57,038 nt of DNA from Desulfobulbaceae bacterium UBA2262 (GTDB lineage: Bacteria; Desulfobacterota; Desulfobulbia; Desulfobulbales; Desulfurivibrionaceae), in contig DDXK01000102.1 in the NCBI GenBank assembly GCA_002347185.1, positions 1 to 57,038 of the forward strand, given 5' to 3'. The position numbers were made by a program, and so were the translations under genes. Positions 52,494 through 57,038 of this stretch are shown here, piece after piece (the stretch's first letter is position 1; every line of letters begins with the position of its first letter). The notes under the pieces are model-generated. The model had not been told where the DNA came from. It ran no database searches and saw only the letters and a program-made list of their open reading frames with translations.

Positions 52494-52572
52494 ACCTGTT
52501 GATTGCATATCCATGGCGGCTCCTTTTTTTGGGCGGGATCGTCTAGCCGTGTTTTAATTGCAGACATAGCAT

Positions 52573-52757
52573 AAAACCGAATTCTGGTTTTTGCAATCTA
52601 AAATTCGGTTCCGAATTGGAAAAAGCAAAACGGAACCGAATTTCTATACCAGCACCATATTTGCACTGTTATATCGGATGGTTAAACAACTCGGAACCGC
52701 GCTGATAAAAATGCAACATTGGTGCCGAATTGAAAAAAACGAAAACGGAACCGGAAT
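52573..52757. promoter_or_regulatory. immunity/operator region with repeated CGGAACCGAAT half-sites
   Basis: Sites seen: AAAACCGAATTCTGGTTTT (52573..52591); perfect inverted repeat AATTCGG-TT-CCGAATT (52602..52617); AACGGAACCGAATTT (52629..52643); CGGAACCG (52692..52699); CCGAATT (52725..52731); AACGGAACCGGAAT (52744..52757), which abuts the repressor ATG. Confidence 0.65.
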
Positions 52758-53342
52758 ATGGATATAGCCGATCGCATAAAGCAAGTTCGCGGCGAGATGC
52801 GCCAGGTCGATTTTGCGACAAAAATCGATGCCCCAAAAAATACGGTCGGACGGTGGGAGCGGGGCGAGCAGGTGCCAGGTCATGACGATCTCTGCAATAT
52901 CCTTGACGCTTTCGCCGATATAGAGCCATTGTGGCTCTTATTGGGCGAAGGCCCGATGCGGCGCAAAGAGACCGTTCCCGCGCCCATGCCCTCCGCAGCG
53001 CCAAGTGTCCCGATAGCCGCAGCCACGGAAATACCGCTCCAGGCCGCGGCCCACGCCCATTTCGACGCCCTGGGCGCGGTGGAGGGCATGGGCCTGCTCA
53101 CCAAGATATACACCTCCGGCGATCAGGTATTCATCCGCGCCATCAACGCCAATCTGCTGGCCTTCTCGGACGCCATCGAAAACCGTGCCAGGGCCGAAAA
53201 CACCTTCAACGCCATAAAGGAGATGCGAGAGCAAATGGACGAAATGAAAGGAGAAATCAATGAGTTACGACAAGAGAACCTGGCCCTGCAGCGACGACTG
53301 CAAGACAAGGGCGATCAGGACAAAAAGCAGGCGGTGGGATAA
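52758..53342 (+). CDS. phage repressor (XRE-family HTH, C-terminal coiled coil)
   Basis: 194 aa; IKQVRGEMRQVDFATKIDAPKNTVGRWERGEQVPGHDDL HTH_3 motif; divergent from ner/A/B; no obvious SD. Confidence 0.8.
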   Translation: MDIADRIKQVRGEMRQVDFATKIDAPKNTVGRWERGEQVPGHDDLCNILDAFADIEPLWLLLGEGPMRRKETVPAPMPSAAPSVPIAAATEIPLQAAAHAHFDALGAVEGMGLLTKIYTSGDQVFIRAINANLLAFSDAIENRARAENTFNAIKEMREQMDEMKGEINELRQENLALQRRLQDKGDQDKKQAVG

Positions 53343-53464
53343 GGGAAAGGTGGGCGGGTAATATCGCGGCAAACCGCTCATTATCAAGCTCGCCAGTTAC
53401 CAGTGGCATCGCAGCCGCGACGGAAAAATAATCTACCCATTCATGGCCGTTTATTGATCACAAA

Positions 53465-53658
53465 TTTTCTGATTTCATTTGCAAAAAAAGGCGTTTTTGA
53501 GGCCAAAACCGAAAAAGTTTCTGGTATTTAATTTTTCACGAAATTTTTTTATTCACCAGCACGCCGCCCCCAAGCAAACCCGCGCCAGTCCTCAAAAAGT
53601 CCCACAAAAAACTCATAAAAGTTTCATCAAATCCAGCAAAATAAAGTTTCTGGTTTCA
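53465..53658 (-). repeat. attL-type end: three spaced transposase-binding-site repeats
   Basis: Reverse complements: TGCAAATGAAATCAGAAAATT (53465..53483), AAATACCAGAAAC (53517..53530) and TGAAACCAGAAAC (53646..53658). One terminal site plus two internal sites about 120-190 bp inside, Mu attL-like spacing. Confidence 0.6.
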
Positions 53659-53672
53659 TCTGTCCCCCTATA

Positions 53673-53677
53673 GTAAA
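53673..53677. repeat. putative 5-bp target-site duplication (right copy), GTAAA
   Basis: Identical to 16060..16064; immediately outside the ...CCCCCTATA terminus. Confidence 0.5.
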
Positions 53678-53814
53678 GCTGGCCGAATTGAATCCAGCCG
53701 CCGAATATGCCTTTCTGTAGTCGATAAATTTATAATTCAGACATCGGATCAGCAATGATCCGCCGAGGAGATCAACTCCAGGATCGAAACTGACTGGGGC
53801 CCAAAACGGCTTTT

Positions 53815-55332
53815 TTAGCGCGTTCCCTCCCCTTCCGGCCGTTCGGGGAGGGGGATGAAGGGGAGGAGCAGCATCCCAGGCAGCGAGAGCAGAAAGCTCA
53901 GGCCGAAAAAATGGCCGTAGCCGAGCCAGGAGGCAAGGTAGCCGCTTGCGGTGCCGGCGAAGAGGCTGCTGGCGCTCATCAGCCCGGTGCCGATGGCATA
54001 GTGGGCGGCCTTGAAATTCGGAGCGCAGAGTCGCATCAGATAGGTCATGAGCACGGCGGTGCCCAGGCCGCCGGCGAACTGGTCAAAGGCGTTCGCCATG
54101 GCGACCAGGGCGAGATTGCCGGCGCCGAGGCCGGCCGGAGCGGGGTTGCCTGTGTTGACGGCGAGGAAGTCGCCCAGGAAGAAGGCGAGCAGCATGTAGA
54201 GCAGGTTGGTGCCGTTCTGGGCGAGCAGGAAAGGCAAGATCATTTTCTTGAGGGAGTATCTGGCGATGAGCCAGCCGCCGAGCATGGCGCCGGCGATGGA
54301 GCAGGGCAGGCCGATGCCGCCGGAAATCCAGCCATAATGGGCCTTGAGCCCCAGATCGACCAGGAAGGGTGCGGTCATGGCGGAAAGGAGGTACTCCCCG
54401 GTTCTGACCAGCATGATAAAGGCGATGACCGGCCCGATTTGCTCGCGGTCGAGGAAGGTCAGAAATGCCCTGCCGAAGAAGGCCTGTTGCTTGTTTTGCA
54501 ACCAGGCCTTTATTTTTTTACGCAGCAGGGCGAAGCCGAGGAGCAGGAGCAGCAGGCCGCCACCAGCCCAGGCAGTGGGGTTGCCTTTTGCCAGAAGGGG
54601 GAGGAGGGAGGATTGCTCCCTGGCCCCCACGGGCCGGGGGAGGGTCGGCGCCAGGGCGGCGAAGGCAAGGACCAGGCCTGCGGCGGCAAGAGAGATGATG
54701 AGGAGTGCCCGCCGGGAAAGCTGGCCGTCCGCCCCCTTTGCCGCTTCGCAGCGGGGAAGCCAGAGGAGATGAAAGAGAAAGAGGGTGGCCAGCAGCAGGG
54801 CCGAGCCGAAAAATGCGCTTGGCCAGCCCCGGGTGGCGCCGACAGTGACCACGATGCCGGCCCCGGCCATCATGGCGATACGGTAGGCCATGGCCCGGTA
54901 GCCGACAAACCTTGCCTGCCCGGAGCTGTCCAGGGCCTCCATATAGTAGCCGTCGATGGCCACGTCGTGGGTGGCGGCGATGAAGCTGGCCCCGAAGAAG
55001 AGCAAGGCGATGAGGGTGGGGCCGTTGCCCAGGCCGGCAAGGGGGGCGGCCAGGGCAAAGAGCAGAACAAGGATGCCCTGCATGACGAGCAGCCACTCTC
55101 TTTTGCTGGCAACAGCATCCACGGCCGGGGCCCAGAGGAATTTCAGGAACCAGGGCAGACCGAAGAGGGAGGTGAGGCCAATGGCCTCAAGGCTCATGCC
55201 GCGGTCGCGAAAAAAAACCGCGGAAACCGTCCGGATCAGCGAATAGGGAAAGCCCTCGCTGAAATAGGTGGTGAAAGACCAGAGAAAGGGCGGGCACTCC
55301 CCGCGCCCAGGCGGCTTTGCCTCGGCGGCCAC
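53815..55332 (-). CDS. ampG: AmpG-family MFS transporter
   Basis: FSEGFPYSLIRTVSAVFFRDRGMSLEAIGLTSLFGLPWFLKFLWAPAVD signature plus about 12-14 TM segments. Start uncertain: GTG 55332 or TTG 55374; the ORF-track start at 55629 overlaps the neighbouring gene. Confidence 0.75.
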   Translation of the reverse strand: MAAEAKPPGRGECPPFLWSFTTYFSEGFPYSLIRTVSAVFFRDRGMSLEAIGLTSLFGLPWFLKFLWAPAVDAVASKREWLLVMQGILVLLFALAAPLAGLGNGPTLIALLFFGASFIAATHDVAIDGYYMEALDSSGQARFVGYRAMAYRIAMMAGAGIVVTVGATRGWPSAFFGSALLLATLFLFHLLWLPRCEAAKGADGQLSRRALLIISLAAAGLVLAFAALAPTLPRPVGAREQSSLLPLLAKGNPTAWAGGGLLLLLLGFALLRKKIKAWLQNKQQAFFGRAFLTFLDREQIGPVIAFIMLVRTGEYLLSAMTAPFLVDLGLKAHYGWISGGIGLPCSIAGAMLGGWLIARYSLKKMILPFLLAQNGTNLLYMLLAFFLGDFLAVNTGNPAPAGLGAGNLALVAMANAFDQFAGGLGTAVLMTYLMRLCAPNFKAAHYAIGTGLMSASSLFAGTASGYLASWLGYGHFFGLSFLLSLPGMLLLPFIPLPERPEGEGTR

Positions 55333-55479
55333 CGGCTCTTTCCGCGTTGTCTTGAAAATATTTTTTTGTATCAAAGCGGAAAAACCGTATATAATTTTTT
55401 CTGATTGCTGCCTCCACCGGGCAGAGAATCCGGCAGTCCACGCGGAAAGAGAGAACCACAAAACGACACGGGGTAGGCA

Positions 55480-56235
55480 ATGGCGAGAAATATCATGATT
55501 CTGGACAGATCGGCCAGCATGCGCAAGATAATCAAAACCATGATTCAGGCCACTGTCAACGATGCGGCCATCTCCGAGGCCCAGGATGCCGAGGACGCCA
55601 TGCAGCTCGTGGAGGAGGGCCAGTTCCACCTGGTTCTTTTCACCAAGGAGTCGAGCAACACCGGCTGGCTTGAGTTCGCCCAGAAACGACTCGCCCTGCC
55701 CGATCCCCAGAAAACGAATTTTGTCCTGCTTTCTTCAAGCAGCAGGCAGGACTATTTCAAAAAGATCAAGGCCTACGGGATCCAGGAGCATCTGCAGATC
55801 CCCTGTTCCCCCAATATGCTGGGCGAGTTGATCACCAGGATCTGCAACCCCTTCATCCTGCGGGGCGCCAGGCGCTACAGCTCCCCGAACTCCGTGGCCG
55901 TCATCGAGCAGGGGGCCGGCGCCAGCGAGGCGGAGGTGATCAACATCAGCGGCGGCGGTTTCCTCTGCGAACTCGATAGCCCGGAGCATTTCAACTGGGC
56001 AGCCCCGTTCATGGTCACCCTCGAGTTCGAAACCGAGAGCGGGCCCATGAATATCAAGGGGCTCTTTTCTGTCCTCAGTCGGCTTATCGTCGTCGACTCC
56101 AATGCCGACTACACCCCCCGGCGGGTGCGGCTGGCCTGCAGGTTCATCAATGTGCCGGAGGAAGGCCGGGCCCGGCTCGACCAGCTCTTCAGCCAGATCG
56201 AGCGGCAGGAGGAGACCCTGGTCGGCAGCTATTAG
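55480..56235 (+). CDS. pseudo-receiver + PilZ domain protein (c-di-GMP effector candidate)
   Basis: 251 aa. The N-terminal REC-like fold lacks the phospho-acceptor Asp (..[10 protein letters not shown]..) and the conserved Lys (..LQIPCSP..). The C-terminal PilZ motifs are RGARRYS and NISGGGF. Confidence 0.75.
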   Translation: MARNIMILDRSASMRKIIKTMIQATVNDAAISEAQDAEDAMQLVEEGQFHLVLFTKESSNTGWLEFAQKRLALPDPQKTNFVLLSSSSRQDYFKKIKAYGIQEHLQIPCSPNMLGELITRICNPFILRGARRYSSPNSVAVIEQGAGASEAEVINISGGGFLCELDSPEHFNWAAPFMVTLEFETESGPMNIKGLFSVLSRLIVVDSNADYTPRRVRLACRFINVPEEGRARLDQLFSQIERQEETLVGSY

Positions 56236-57038
56236 CCCTGCCGGCCGATCACCCTCAGGGCCTCGGCAATGATGGCCGGGGTGTCGATTTTTGCCTTCTG
56301 GCGCAGCTGCTCCTGGCTGCCGTGTTCGATGAAGGTGTCGGGCAGGCCGAGGATGGAGGTTTCCAGGCCGTGCAGCCGTTTTTTCGCGAAGAGTTCGAGA
56401 ACCGCGCTGCCAAATCCCCCTTTTTTCGCGTTGTCTTCAATGGTGATGACCTTCCCGGTCTTTTGCGCCCAGTCGCAGAGCAACTCCTCGTCCAGCGGTT
56501 TGATGAAGCGCGGGTTGATGACCGCGGCGTCTATCCCCAGTTTTTCCAGCCCTTCCGCCGCCTCCAGCGCTGGATAGACCCGGTTGCCCACGGGCAGCAG
56601 CAGCAGATCCTTGCCTTCCCGCAGCAGCTCTCCGGTGCCGATGGGAATTCTGCGCAGCTCCCCCCCCAGGGATATCCCTTCGCCGTTGCCGCGCGGGTAG
56701 CGGACAGCTGCGGGCCCCGGATGGAGGATGGCGGTGTGGAGGAGGTGCCGAAGCTCCTCTTCGTCCTTGGGCGCCATGAGCACCAGATTGGGGATGAAGC
56801 GGAGAAAGGAGAGGTCGAAGACCCCGTGATGGGTGGGGCCGTCGTCGCCCACCAGGCCGCCGCGATCGATGGCCAGGGTCACGGGCAGCTTCTGCATGGC
56901 GACATCGTGCAGAACATTGTCGTAAGCACGCTGCAGGAAAGTTGAATAGAGCGCCACCACCGGGCGCAGTCCCTGACAGGCGAGCCCGGCGGCAAAGGTA
57001 ACGGCATGCTGCTCGGCGATGCCGACATCGAAAAACCG
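56232..57038 (-). CDS. dxs: 1-deoxy-D-xylulose-5-phosphate synthase, C-terminal part (5' end outside window)
   Basis: ..[31 protein letters not shown]...HDVA.Q.LPV..AIDR.GLVG.DGPTHHG.FDLS.LR.IPN.. DXS signature; the frame stays open to the window edge. Confidence 0.9.
   Translation of the reverse strand, partial: RFFDVGIAEQHAVTFAAGLACQGLRPVVALYSTFLQRAYDNVLHDVAMQKLPVTLAIDRGGLVGDDGPTHHGVFDLSFLRFIPNLVLMAPKDEEELRHLLHTAILHPGPAAVRYPRGNGEGISLGGELRRIPIGTGELLREGKDLLLLPVGNRVYPALEAAEGLEKLGIDAAVINPRFIKPLDEELLCDWAQKTGKVITIEDNAKKGGFGSAVLELFAKKRLHGLETSILGLPDTFIEHGSQEQLRQKAKIDTPAIIAEALRVIGRQG

Larger units (their letters stand above)
16065..53672 (-). mobile_element. Mu-like transposable prophage (Mu-type early/head modules, P2-type tail; carries a DGR)
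   Basis: The full gene set is present: repressor, ner, MuA-like DDE transposase, MuB-like ATPase, GemA, Mor, lysis cassette, gp27/28/29/30, G, I, T, sheath/tube/TMP, baseplate and fibre. Both ends carry inverted GAAAYCAGAAA sites with CAGAAA at nt 21-26 from each proposed terminus, flanked by 5-bp GTAAA repeats. Element identity is confident; exact ends are moderately so. Confidence 0.8.

Noticed and set aside
52158-52514. 118-aa minus-strand ORF with a strong AAGGAG RBS as the first early gene.
   Set aside because: It is not fully rejected. It is ranked below the overlapping plus-strand ORF because of lower third-position GC and a His-rich, low-complexity C-terminus. See the finding on the sense/antisense pair.
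53745-53762. Hairpin CGGATCA-gcaa-TGATCCG downstream of the ampG-like gene as its terminator, or as an alternative phage end.
   Set aside because: The stem is short and is not followed by a U-tract on the relevant strand. It lies outside the inverted-site/TSD-defined phage boundary. It was noted but not called.
1-57038. CRISPR arrays, rRNA genes, IS elements, integrons, and a second VR target for the DGR.
   Set aside because: I saw no regularly spaced direct repeats, no rRNA-like sequence and no additional transposase or integrase. I noticed no third copy of the TR-like sequence by eye. A computational repeat search would be needed to exclude a remote VR.

Overview
This is a GC-rich bacterial chromosome segment. 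All identifications come from reading the sequence and ORF translations; no database search was run.

Host genes:
- Left flank: proC, nadK, a YtxH/DUF948 pair, a sigma-54 activator/CheA-like kinase/REC operon, a PHP phosphoesterase, pilT, comEC, rpoD, malQ, an iron-sulfur flavoprotein and tRNA-Glu(CUC).
- Right flank: an AmpG-like MFS transporter, a pseudo-receiver/PilZ protein and a 5'-truncated dxs.

Prophage:
- The two flanks are separated by an apparently intact Mu-like transposable prophage of about 37.6 kb (proposed 16065..53672).
- It lies in reverse orientation. The repressor, ner, transposase A and B are at the right; the tail fibre is at the left.
- Early, head and lysis modules are Mu-type and the contractile tail is P2-type, a BcepMu-like mosaic.
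- Proposed boundaries rest on inverted transposase-site repeats at equal distance from each end and a flanking 5-bp direct repeat GTAAA.

Main findings:
- The strongest is a complete diversity-generating retroelement (DGR) at the tail-fibre end. It comprises a VR at the 3' end of an 856-aa fibre gene, an Avd-like gene, a 122-bp TR and a reverse transcriptase.
- TR and VR differ at 14 positions. All are TR adenines, and unusually all are A->G.
- A GC hairpin with a GAGA loop follows the VR.
- An orphan 299-aa gene on the opposite strand converges on mor with a 4-bp overlap.
- The adjacent intergenic region has a promoter-hairpin-terminator unit that could be a small RNA or regulated leader.
- The immunity region carries repeated CGGAACCGAAT operators and an ambiguous sense/antisense ORF pair.
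- An antisense small membrane ORF sits in the tail module.
- The tail chaperone gene has a TTTTTTG -1 frameshift site.
- The spanin genes overlap.
- One prophage terminus has a non-canonical dinucleotide.

No CRISPR array, rRNA or IS element was seen.
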